A stretch of DNA of 64,000 nucleotides, taken from Eledone cirrhosa (Eukaryota). Position 1 is the stretch's first letter; each line of letters opens with the position of its first letter. The stretch covers positions 28,582,001 through 28,646,000 of the forward strand of contig OZ024752.1 of assembly GCA_964016885.1 (NCBI GenBank), read 5' to 3'. Below, in pieces: positions 1-12,782 of this stretch. The notes under the pieces are model-generated. The model saw only the letters and a program-made list of their open reading frames with translations, was not told where the DNA came from and searched no databases. A program made the position numbers and the translations under genes.

Positions 1-179
1 TGTGAATACTTGTTTCATTCAGGAATACTGATATTTACAATATAGTGTAAGTTTTATAAATACTAATACATTAAAACATAGGGTTTTCTACGCCTCGAAT
101 ATGTCTGGCTATTTTTAAATTTTTCTCTCTCTATATCTCTCTATATCTCTCTATATCTCCCTTACATTAATACTTGAGC

Positions 180-214
<35 letters not shown>

Positions 215-577
215 ATGCATCATTGATACACTTACTCAAAATGACCTCCCACTACCTAATTTTTCTATATCTATATTTATATATGTATCTATCTCTATTT
301 CCTCTCTCTCTATATATATATATATCTCTTTCGGTCTCTTTACATGAAGCTCTTCGCTTTATCTATTTTTCCATCTCTCTATTTTGTCCCATGCATTTCT
401 TCTTTTTCTTCTTTTTCTTCCTTTTCTTCGTTTCGTCTTTCTTTCTTTCTTATTTCCCTCTTTTCTCTCTCTCTTTCTTTCTCTCTGTATTTTCACTGCT
501 AGAGTGAACCTCTTCAAATGAAGTTGATGTTTATTACGGTATGTCGAATATATTTATCTATAAAACTGTTTATATTG

Positions 578-643
578 TATTTTGTCTGATGAAGGCATAG
601 CATATTGTTAATATGATATCCCCGAAATATATATAATGAAATA
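578..643 (+). ncRNA. Type I hammerhead ribozyme motif (minimal, palindromic stem III)
   Basis: tattttgt-CTGATGA-stem II-GAAA-TATATA-TA-atgaaata; stem I strands pair; same family at 51367 and 21786. Confidence 0.75.
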
Positions 644-691
644 GATATGGTTTTATAAATATAGTTTTCCATTTATTTAATATTATTTAAT

Positions 692-780
<89 letters not shown>

Positions 781-1233
781 CTGTATATATATATATGTAT
801 ATATATTGGAAAATGTGAAAGATCCTTGGTACAGTTAGGTATATTTGAAAAAAGTATACTGTACTGGTGAAGGGTAATCACCCAGAAACATTAGTGTCTG
901 CAGTTCTGTTTACATGCCAATACAAGAGCAAGAATGACGGTGTCATTCTACTGACATGGCTTTAAAGAGACTGTTTGCATAATTGCAAATGAATCGAATA
1001 TATATATATATGAATGAAAAATGGCGTGCCGCGAGAAACATTAAAGACTAGATCCCTAATATCAGTGCGAGCGATAACTAAATTAAGTTATCGGGACAGA
1101 GGAAAGTGTACAAACAACAGGGTAGTAACGCAACGTAAAGAGAGGAAAAGAGAGACAAGTCAATGAATCTTGTGGGCTTAAGTCCGACAAATCAAGGTCT
1201 ATTTTTATTCATATATATATATATATATATATA

Positions 1234-1441
1234 TAACGAAGGAAATGTGGTAAGGAACCAGATGGACCATAACGCACCAAAGTACTCAATACTTAGGGTA
1301 GTAGAGTGGGTAATAGGAACGAGTAGGACCCCGACGGCTGAGCTCAAGCCGTTTCGACGGCTAATTCTGGACTCTAATTCAGTCCAGAATTAGCCGTCGA
1401 AACGGCTCGAGTTCAGCCGTCGGGGTCCTACTCGTTCCTAC
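1234..1441. mobile_element. Fold-back PLE-type mini-element carrying the 3' half of an HHR (GAAAC...GTC) in both arms
   Basis: Arms 1314-1373 and 1381-1440 are near-perfect reverse complements; left end abuts (TA)n; same family at 6570 and 48781-49131. Confidence 0.7.
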
Positions 1442-2136
1442 CACCTCTTCCGACCACCGCTTCATGGATTACCCACACGCAGAAATTGACTTATAACCAA
1501 TCCTTCAAACATCCTTGGAACTTACCAACTTTTCAACCATCCTCTTACGTCATCACCTATATAACTCACCCACACACACACCCCCCAAAAAAATTTTTCT
1601 CCACACGCCACCCACACCCACAACACGCTTAAACCTCACACACACGTGCTTCCCACCACATATTTACACCCTCAGCCTCCTGATTCCTCTCCCCCCACCC
1701 CCCTATCTACACACGCACAGACACTCCGACCCACAAAAACACCCCCCCCACACACACCTCTTCCTGAACATGCAACCCCGTTCTTCCCCCAACCCTTACT
1801 TTCACATACACACACACACACACACACACACGCACACCTACACACACACACCACCTTCAGCCCTCCCCGCTCGGACACCCCGTCTCCCTCTCCCCACTCC
1901 ACCCGCCACCACGCCTACTCACCCCACACCCTTCCACCACCTGTTTACCCCCCTTTTAATTTCAGTTTATTTTGATCATGCCTTTATTTTTAAATTTTCT
2001 CATTCCTTGTATTTTGATCATGCTTTATTTTTATTTTTTATCTTTATTTGTTAATTTTTCATTCGCACCGTTTCCTTTCGCTATATGTCTCTCCACCACT
2101 CCCCTACACACCTTTTGAACCCTGTTCCCACACACT

Positions 2137-2240
2137 TCTCACCTGAGGAAGGGCTTATGCCCGAAACGTCGTCCCCCACCTACCCCCCACTCTCGTCCCC
2201 CACCTACCCCCCACCTACCCCCCACTCTCCTGAGTGTGAA
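2137..2240 (+). ncRNA. Hammerhead ribozyme-like motif at the 3' end of a C-rich PLE-like 3' UTR remnant (about 1440-2295)
   Basis: CTGAGGA-AGGGC-TTAT-GCCC-GAAAC-GTC; region after the core interrupted by a C-rich tandem repeat; followed by AATAAA and (TA)n. Confidence 0.55.
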
Positions 2241-2293
2241 ATTAATAAACATTTATTGTACTGCCTCTGTTTTGTCCCTGTTCAAATTTTTCC

Positions 2294-2375
<82 letters not shown>

Positions 2376-2837
2376 ATGAAGAACTGGAATCCATGGTAAA
2401 TGACACTTACCCAAGATGCCACGTGGTGGGATCAATCTCGGGAACTAATGATTGCGAAACAACCTTTTAACCATTTGACCATGCTGCATCCACAAAGTAA
2501 ATATAATGTCAGAGACAATGACAATTTTCTGAACCAGAAAACAACTTATAATCAGAACGTCTGGCGTTGTTTCGTAGCAAGAGCAGCAGTGATACACATT
2601 CACACTTGCACACGCATGCAATACACCTTTTATATGATGGCAGGAGTGGGGAGTAAACTGAATTATACAAACACATACATAGAAGTCACGCTTGGGGATT
2701 CAGCCGAATCAGTTGGAGACGGTTGCTTCTGACAGGACACGCAAGAGGGAGTGTTTGAAGAAGACAGTGTAGACTCCAACAAAACAAGTTAGTCATTACA
2801 GGGGGGGGGATCAACAAAGATTGGGAGAGAGTATGGG

Positions 2838-2933
2838 GAAGAAGAAGAAGAAGAAGAAGAAGAAGAAGAAGAAGAAGAAGAAGAAGAAGAAGAAGAAGAA
2901 GAAGAAGAAGAAGAAGAAGAAGAAGAAGAAGAA
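2838..2933. repeat. (GAA)n microsatellite
   Basis: Direct inspection. Confidence 0.95.
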
Positions 2934-3372
2934 GAGCAGATTGCGTTACGTTGATTACCAAATATTAAACAAAAAATGGATAACTCCCTTCCTGTCTCGT
3001 GACTCTTGTCGCGTCCTTTCAGCTTTGTGTCTTCCATCATGTTCAGGTGGTTGAAACAAGACAAAATCTTCCCTGAACGTCACGTTCTCTGTGTCTTTCA
3101 GTGTTTGTATTCGTTTATATAACAGGCATTTTTCGTCTTGTATTTTACGACTTGTGAAGGCGCATGGCCTACTGGCTAGAGCGTTCGATACTCGGACTGG
3201 GTGATGTATTGTGTCCTTGAGCAAGACTTTATTTCACGTTACTCCAGTTCAATCAGGTGTAGAATTGAATCATTGAATCATGAATGATAAGGGGTTTTGA
3301 ACCAAGAACCAAGAAAGTTACCCTCCGACGCACAAGCCCGGGCAAGGAGAATTTTACATTGTGTTGCTCAAG

Positions 3373-3488
<116 letters not shown>

Positions 3489-3610
3489 ACTTCCACAAAA
3501 GTTAGTTGACCATACCGAGAACAATTGTTTCACCTTATTCGGATCCTCAGCTCAATCTACAGAAAAGGAAAAACAACTGTACGAATACGCATGTATATAT
3601 ATATATATAT

Positions 3611-3743
<133 letters not shown>

Positions 3744-3778
3744 ACAGATTAAAGTTTAAGCATAGAATCGCTGCTTTG

Positions 3779-3829
3779 AGTTTCAGAAGATCCCGTTAAG
3801 GGTGAAAGCAGCGATTCTATGCTTAAACT
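3779..3829 (+). ncRNA. Type I hammerhead ribozyme motif, U4A core, within fold-back element 3737-3930
   Basis: agttt-CAGAAGA-tCCC gttaa GGGt-GAA-AGCA...TGCT-T-aaact; stems I, II and III all pair; 3737-3777 is the reverse complement of the downstream part; (TA)n on both sides. Confidence 0.7.
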
Positions 3830-3924
3830 TTAATCTGTTATTCTAATAAATATTTGCTCTACGGTTCTTATATATTTATCCTTATCGAGCCCTTTTGGAT
3901 TTTAGTCTTCAAATTTATTATTAT

Positions 3925-3973
<49 letters not shown>

Positions 3974-4155
3974 TTAGAGCAAACATCACGGGCGCTCTAT
4001 CTCAAAATTAATTTTGAATAGCATTAGAAATGCGCAACCGGTAAAAACTTAAAACCAAAACTGAATACTAACCAATACTATTACTAATTTTTACTTATTC
4101 CTAATTAAACTATTTTTCACTGGGAACAATTTGTCACCATTTTCTTTTCCTTTTA

Positions 4156-4214
<59 letters not shown>

Positions 4215-4637
4215 GTTTCTAATTTATAGGCTAGGCGGCATGGTAATTTGATTATTTCAATCTCGGTACATGCTTAGTAATCTATTTTATCCACCTGGAA
4301 GGATAGAAGACAAAATTGACCTCTGTGGAATTGAAATGCCCGCACAAGTGCCACAAACCCTTATGTCTCGGGATCTAATAATTCAATGATATTTTATCAC
4401 GTTTTAAATATTGATCTAATATGTTATATCTTATACGAAAATTGATGTAAAATAACATTCACTTTCTGAGCTACATTTGCAGAAATAAACATACCGTGTA
4501 TCTGATGCACTATATACTCCATCGTTCAAGTGTACGCACACAAAGGCAGGCATACGGACAGGAATGCGCTCAAACAACCTCCATACAAATACAGGCATAT
4601 ACACACACGTTTATATGTTTATGGATGTTTTATTAAC

Positions 4638-4668
<31 letters not shown>

Positions 4669-4882
4669 TATTTATTTTTTTCAGTTCACTATTCAATATG
4701 CCACTGCAAGTAAGATGTCTACATGAATTTCTGTTTGAAAATCTGAGCTTCGAAATTTATAACACAGATATCTTACATGAATATATATATGTATATATAT
4801 ATATATATATGTGTGTGTGTATGAATGTATGTGTGTGCGTGTGTATATATATGTGTGTATGTATATGTATATATGTATATAT

Positions 4883-4927
<45 letters not shown>

Positions 4928-4939
4928 CATACATATATA

Positions 4940-4970
<31 letters not shown>

Positions 4971-5005
4971 GTATATATACATATATATATGTATATATAT
5001 GTATA

Positions 5006-5104
<99 letters not shown>

Positions 5105-5824
5105 CATAGATACACACATCCACAAACACACACACACATATGTATATGATTATATAATTGTGTATGTCTAAAACATTTTAAACAATACCGCATATGTATT
5201 AGGAATAAAAAAAATTAATACTTTATCTGTATTTTCGCATAGCAACACATTTAATAGATTGTCATTATATCAAATGTATAACTATGTGAATAGAAGCCAT
5301 CATAAAATCATGAAGTTTTCTATGGAAGAATCATTTTAAAATGGATGAAAAATGGCTGTATTATATCATTGATCTTAATTTTATTATTATTATTTTTATT
5401 CAGTTTATTCTCCGACCCCTTTAATTGAACACGAGAGTCACAAAGAATCCGGGGTGAAAACAACAGAAGCGAACAGAAAGATAACAACCACGTAGTTAAA
5501 TTTTCCCCAGTCAAATGGCAGCCATGATGGAATTAACATACTTTTTGGTTTGTTTTGTTATAATATTATAAAATATTAATAGAAATAGTGTTTAAATGAA
5601 GGACGGAATAAATAAAAAATAAACGAACATAACGGAACAGTAGAATAATGAAATTACATTTTAACAGATTTTCCGCATTAGAAATATGAGAGTGAAGGGG
5701 AGATGGTGTGAGTGATGAAGTGGGAGAAAATTTCGAGGGAGAAAGACAAGAAAAATAAATACAAAGAAAAAATAAATTGCAGTAAAATTATTGGAAATAT
5801 TTAGCTACCCATTACATGTATTGC

Positions 5825-5997
5825 TATCACCATCATCATCCTTATCATAACCATCCTCATTATCATGATAATGACGACGATGATAATGTGTATCATGATC
5901 GTCATCATCATCATCATCATCATCGTCTTCATCGTCATCATCGTCTTCATCGTCATCATCGTCATCATCGTCATCATCGTCATCCATCACCATCCAT
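5825..5997. repeat. (CAT/CGT)n compound trinucleotide repeat
   Basis: Direct inspection. Confidence 0.85.
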
Positions 5998-6118
5998 CAG
6001 GAGAACCACCCATCACAGGTACCACCTCCAACACACACATAAAATAAAATGAAGATGTACGAATAAAACCGTCTCTCTTATTTATTATATATATGTATAT
6101 ATGTGTGTGTGTGTGTGC

Positions 6119-6212
<94 letters not shown>

Positions 6213-6215
6213 ATG

Positions 6216-6290
<75 letters not shown>

Positions 6291-6454
6291 TGAGAGAATA
6301 TGCTCCGAAATCATTAGACGTGTCCGTCGAACCTGCGGGTCCTGAATCAGACAGATCCACCCAATGATCGCGTCGCGAGCTGTCCGCCGAGGAAACAATT
6401 GTAACACACAATAAATTGAGTTCAGATACATCACTGATTTTTCGTTTTCTATTT

Positions 6455-6730
<276 letters not shown>

Positions 6731-6741
6731 ATTATATATAC

Positions 6742-6794
<53 letters not shown>

Positions 6795-6881
6795 AGTACG
6801 TTATTCCGGGTTGAATCGGAGGTAACTACAGTAAGTAAGGTACTCAATACATTGCAGAGTATAAAAGTTTTAATATAGATG

Positions 6882-6932
6882 AGATTCTACAGGACTAGAA
6901 CTGTTTCATTCTTTAGAAATCATCAGGAATCT
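6882..6932 (-). ncRNA. Type I hammerhead ribozyme motif, canonical core and full stem III
   Basis: On the minus strand: agattc-CTGATGA-tTTCT aa AGAAt-GAA-ACAG ttctagtc CTGT-A-gaatct; partial inverted copy 6933-6962; (TA)n flanks. Confidence 0.85.
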
Positions 6933-6958
6933 GTCCTGTAGAATCTCATCTATATTAA

Positions 6959-6987
<29 letters not shown>

Positions 6988-6989
<2 letters not shown>

Positions 6990-7337
6990 ATGGTAAACAG
7001 AAAAGAAAATGCTGACAAATTGTTCACAGTGAAAAATAGTTTAATTAGGAATAAATGAGAATTAGTAATAGTATTGGTTAGTATTCAGTTTTTGGTTTTA
7101 AGTTTTACCGGTTGCGCATTTCTAATGCTTTTCAAAAATAATTTTGAGATAGAGCGTCCGTGATGTTTGATGCGCAACCGGTAAAACTTAAAACCAAAAA
7201 CTGAATACTAACCAATACTATTACTAATTCTCACTTATTCCTAATTAAACTATTTTTCACTGTGAACAATTTGTCAGCATTTTCTTTTCTGTTTACCAAT
7301 ATATCATAACTTGTGTGCTACACCTCTATTCTTTTAA
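6988..7337. mobile_element. Fold-back element between (TA)n tracts
   Basis: 6990-7119 is the reverse complement of 7170-7298; another copy of the family at 3972-4160. Confidence 0.65.
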
Positions 7338-7431
7338 ATATATATATATATAGCTGTTTTCAGGTTATGTAACTGTTATAGAAACACGTGTCAATAAATT
7401 CCTTTCAACTAAACTGTATCCATTCAAATCT

Positions 7432-7535
<104 letters not shown>

Positions 7536-8009
7536 ATATATATATATACATACATACATGTATGTATGTATGTATGTATAATTTTCTTTCTCCGGAAGAA
7601 TTCCGTTACGCTCAGACCGGGAGAGATATGGACTACGCAAACTTTAGAAACTAACGATACGGTGCGCTTACAACTTACCCAGATAATAGACCCGCCCTGC
7701 ACATAAGGATGTCACACAACAGAATTATCAGGAGACTTTAGGAAAGAGAATGCTGTTAAAGCTGAAGACATGCGATGAGTTGGTAAGTGTAAAATTATCG
7801 TGACTGATTCTGTTTTCGACTTATTTATATATATGTATTTCCAAAAAATGTATTTCTTTTACCTAATCATCTTTTACAGATACGCACGCGCACTCCCACA
7901 AGAATTATATATTCAGGAAATTTATTTTTGTTAAAACAAAACTGATGTGTTTGTATGTGGATGCTTATGTACGTCAGTGTGCGTGAGTATCGCTGGCTTT
8001 TTATGTTGA

Positions 8010-8097
<88 letters not shown>

Positions 8098-8364
8098 AAT
8101 ATATATGTATATATTTATTTGTATATATATATAAATGTAATCTGAGTTTTTCGAATATTAATAATAACATTCGATTCGTTTGCAATTATGCAAACAAGCC
8201 TCAATTTTATAGCCATGTCAGTAGAATGAACCCTTCATTCTTGCTCTTGTGTTGGCATGTGATCAGAACTGCAGACACTAATGGTTCTGAGTATCACTGT
8301 TCACCTGCCAAACTGCAGAGGTAGTGAAAATATATGCTATTTTCCAAAATACACAGTGACACAA

Positions 8365-8397
<33 letters not shown>

Positions 8398-9459
8398 CGT
8401 GTGTGTGGGGGGTGCGTGTGTGTGCGTGTGCGTGCGTGTGCGTGCGTGTGCGTGCGTGTGCGTGCGTGTGCGTGCGTGTGCGTGCGTGTGCGTGCGTGCG
8501 TGTGCGTGCGTGTGCGCGCGTGTGCGTGCGTGTGTGTGTGTGTGTGTCTGTCTGTGTGTGTCTGTCTGTCTGTGTGTGTGTCTGTGTGTGTGTGTGTCTG
8601 TGTGTGTGTCTGTCTGTCTCTGTGTGTGTCTGTCTGTGTGTGTGTCTGTGTGTGTGTGTGTGTGTGACACATTGGAAAAGTAAAGGTTTTCTTTTACTGG
8701 ACTGAGAAGAGGTAGTTAAAATATGAAATAAAAATTCATGTAAAAGATTCGTCGTTGAAAACAACAGCTACAACATTTAGCGGTAACAGAATTGTACGTA
8801 CAGAAGTGTGTTGCGTGTCTTAAAATTTACTTTTTTTCAAATGGAGGTGTCAAAGCAGATGTTGACAGGTAGAAAATGCATTGTATGTTCGAACATCAAA
8901 CTTGCAAAGCTATACAATTCAGTAAATCCAACAACATAGAAAACCATTCAAGAATCATTGCTGAATTTGGAATCTGGTGTGTCAAGGGTATTGAAAATGT
9001 GGTTATGATGTTGTTGAAATTAAAATATCGTGAACACAAAACAGTAAATTCTAGCTTTAAACGTTCAAAGAATTCTATATACATATCTTGATCTGATGGT
9101 GAAAGTACTGAAAATGCGAGTCATGTTTCTTTATTTATTATATTTTGGGGGATCGAGGTTAACTTTGCCGTTCATCCTTACGGCGTCTATAAAATAAAGT
9201 ACCAGTCACGACTTTCCCCTCCCCCAAAATTGCTGGCCTTGTGCCTATATGAGAAACCATTATAGTTTGAAGGATAGTAAAATATGTATTAGGATACAAA
9301 TAAAGTTATATTGAAATATGGCAAGGGAAAATATGTTACAGAATTTATGAACCATTTTGTGACATATCTCAAAAACTACATTTTATTTCCATAAATTAAT
9401 GAAGAATTTCGAGGAATTTAGTAAAAATATTAATTATTTCATTATTATGATAGTAACTA

Positions 9460-9670
9460 GGGCGGTGGATTGGCAGTATCGGTAGAGCTTTTTCAGCATA
9501 GAGTTTGGGCACTTTACGTCCTAAGTTCAAATGCCGCCGAGGTTAGCTTTACCTTTCATCCTTATGGGGTCTATAAAATAAAGCACCAGTAATGCGCTGG
9601 GGTTGATTTAATCGACTTTCCCCTCCCCCCAAAATTGCTGGCCTTGTGCCTAAATCAGAAACCATTATTA
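9460..9670 (+). mobile_element. tRNA-derived SINE (Meta-domain-like core, ATT tail)
   Basis: A box tggcagtatcgg, B box gttcaaatgcc, core cctttcatcctt...ggggtc.ataaaataaag.accag; partial copy at about 9150-9262. Confidence 0.8.
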
Positions 9671-9856
9671 TCATAGTAACTTAAAAATGATTCTTATATA
9701 AAATTATGTCGGAAGATTTTAAAATGGATAGTTTTGTTTCATAGAATCGGAGCCGGTTTTGATCTGTCAAAAGAGAGAACTGATAAGCCCATGGATAATC
9801 TTGGGGAATTTTCATAACGCAAAAAAAAAAAAATTGCGAGGGCTTCTTTTTCGATC

Positions 9857-11188
9857 TGACTGTAGGTTCGTTCAGAGTAAAACAGTGATTTGGCTGCATG
9901 TTTGTTCAGTGTAAAACAGTGATTTCACTGCATGTTTGTTCAGTGTAAAACAGTGATCTAGCTGCATGTTTGTTCAGTGTAAAACAGTGATTTGGCTGCA
10001 TGTTTGTTCAGTGTAAAACAGTGATCTAGCTGCATGTTTGTTCAGTGTAAAACAGTGATTTCACTGCATGTTTGTTCAGTGTAAAACAGTGATCTAGCTG
10101 CATGTTTGTTCAGTGTAAAACAGTGATTTCACTGCATGTTTGTTCAGTGTAAAACAGTGATCTAGCTGTATGTTTGTTCAGTGTAAAACAGTGATTTCAC
10201 TGCATGTTTGTTCAGTGTAAAACAGTGATTTGGCTGCATGTTTGTTCAGTGTAAAACAGTGATCTAGCTGCATGTTTGTTCAGTGTAAAACAGTGATTTC
10301 ACTGCATGTTTGTTCAGTGTAAAACAGTGATCTAGCTGCATGTTTGTTCAGTGTAAAACAGTGATTTCACTGCATGTTTGTTCAGTGTAAAACAGTGATC
10401 TAGCTGTATGTTTGTTCAGTGTAAAACAGTGATTTCACTGCATGTTTGTTCAGTGTAAAACAGTGATCTAGCTGCATGTTTGTTCAGTGTAAAACAGTGA
10501 TTTCACTGCATGTTTGTTCAGTGTAAAACAGTGATCTAGCTGCATGTTTGTTCAGTGTAAAACAGTGATTTCACTGCATGTTTGTTCAGTGTAAAACAGT
10601 GATCTAGCTGTATGTTTGTTCAGTGTAAAACAGTGATTTCACTGCATGTTTGTTCAGTGTAAAACAGTGATTTCACTGCATGTTTGTTCAGTGTAAAACA
10701 GTGATCTAGCTGCATGTTTGTTCAGTGTAAAACAATGATTTCACTGCATGTTTGTTCAGTGTAAAACAGTGATTTCACTGCATGTTTATTCAGTGTAAAA
10801 CAGTGATTTCACTGCATGTTTGTTCAGTGTAAAACAGTGATCTAGCTGCATGTTTGTTCAGTGTAAAACAGTGATTTCACTGCATGTTTGTTCAGTGTAA
10901 AACAGTGACTTAACTGCATGTTCGTTTAGTGTAAAACAGTGATCTGACTGCATGTTTGTTCAGTGTAAAACAGTGATTTCACTGCATGTTTGTTCAGTGT
11001 AAAACAGTGATTTAACTGCATGTTCGTTCAGTGTAAAACAGTGATCTGACTGCATGTTTGTTCAGTGTAAAACAGTGATTTCACTGCATGTTTGTTCAGT
11101 GTAAAACAGTGATTTAACTGCATGTTCGTTCAGTGTAAAACAGTGGTCTGACTGTAGGTTTGTTCAGTGTAAAACAGTGATCTAGCTT
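9857..11188. repeat. 34-bp tandem minisatellite, about 39 copies
   Basis: Unit ctgcatgtttgttcagtgtaaaacagtgat-NNNN; period 34 (tgcatg at 9895 and 9929). Confidence 0.95.
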
Positions 11189-11855
11189 CTTGTACGACAG
11201 CTTTCTTGGAGCCATCAGAGACCATATCAGTATCTGTTTCCCGTTCCAGAAGACCTGTTCGTCAACCTGAAAGGAAGCAAATGTTTCGAGAAACTTGATC
11301 TTACTAAGGGAGAATGTAGACATATTTTCCATCTTAGCGTATTGATAGATGAAAAACATCTTATATTTAATTCTATTCAGCACAACATAATGCAAGGTTG
11401 GCAATACATATTGAGATATTGCGCGAACATTTTATAATTATTTCCTCCTTCTTCAAACTGTTACTGACTGTTGTAACCTTTTTCAAATTAATAAGGTACC
11501 TTGTAATCAGGTGAAACAAAAGAACAATAGATTTATTATCCGTCAACAACGACCGACAACCGTTACAGGCCAATCAATTAGCTGGCCAATCAATTCTGTC
11601 AACGGTAACTGGTTTGCTTTTAATGGTCAACGCTTCAAGGCTGAAATTAATTATCACTCTAATGTTACGTTGTATAAACATTACCGAATTACCGACATGT
11701 ACATGTTCACACATATGTTCAGAAGAAGTAATCACACACTCACAGCCACACATAGATATATACATAGATATATATATACTATATACACATATGTATGTAT
11801 GCACTATATACACATATACATGTATATGTGTGTTGTATGTATATACTGTATATAC

Positions 11856-11928
<73 letters not shown>

Positions 11929-12108
11929 CTATATACACATATACATGTATGTACGTTTAAATGTATGTACTCTATACACATAGACAAGACATGTATGTAC
12001 GTTTGTATATATATATGTACTATTTACACATAGACATGTATGTATGTTTATATATATATATAGATATATAGATATATATATACTATACTATATTATACAC
12101 ACATATAC

Positions 12109-12172
<64 letters not shown>

Positions 12173-12188
12173 TACACTATACAGATAT

Positions 12189-12244
<56 letters not shown>

Positions 12245-12342
12245 CAGTAATTTTCAGCCAAGTAGATAATATAATTATCGGCAAAGTTGTTGATCTGACA
12301 TATGTGTCAAAGTAGCATGACTTAGTTTTTCTCGCTTGAAAA

Positions 12343-12353
12343 GTGACAAAGCA
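12343..12353 (+). promoter_or_regulatory. Antioxidant-response-element core (RTGACnnnGCA) upstream of S-crystallin gene 1
   Basis: GTGACAAAGCA 266 bp upstream of the ATG; AP-1-like TGACTTA at about 12318; TATA-like TATAAGA at 12481. Confidence 0.45.
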
Positions 12354-12608
12354 CAGTGAGTACATATCTAGCAGCAAGCCCATAAAGTTTAGCATCTATA
12401 GCAACATCCACGTTTATCATCAAAACCCTCAAGACTACATACAAAGACCAAAGCACCAGATACTTCAACACCAACAGCGATATAAGAATCTCATTATTAC
12501 GAGTGAAATTCTTAATAGTAACAATAATAATTATTTTAATAATAAGCATCAGCATTCTATCGGAAAAAGTTTCAGTTATATACTACACTAACAACAACAA
12601 TATCAACC

Positions 12609-12741
12609 ATGCCCTCCTATACAATCCATTACTTCAATCACAGAGGTCGTGCTGAGGTCTGTCGTGTGCTTTTAGCAGCTGCTGGTGTCAAGTACAATGA
12701 CCGCAGGATCGAATCTTCAGAATGGGCCGTCATGAGAGAAC
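12609..12741 (+). CDS. S-crystallin gene 1, coding exon 1
   Basis: [44 protein letters not shown] + phase-1 base; ACCATG Kozak; GT donor (gttcgt); typical octopus S-crystallin/sigma-GST N-terminus. Confidence 0.93.
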
Positions 12742-12782
12742 GTTCGTAAATGTTTTCTATTATAATTATTTTAATGTTTATT

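Noticed and set aside
3972-4160. HHR in the GAAATGCGCA-containing family (also 6988-7337)
   Set aside because: No UH after stem III and no CUGANGA found
6283-6408. Possible HHR using (GT)n/acacac as stem I (GTGATGA ... GAAACAATTGTA)
   Set aside because: C3 is missing and no convincing stem II closure; probably a decayed or overwritten copy, so not counted
9857-11188. CRISPR-like array
   Set aside because: No unique spacers (only a 4-nt variable slot), no cas genes, and eukaryotic context; it is a minisatellite
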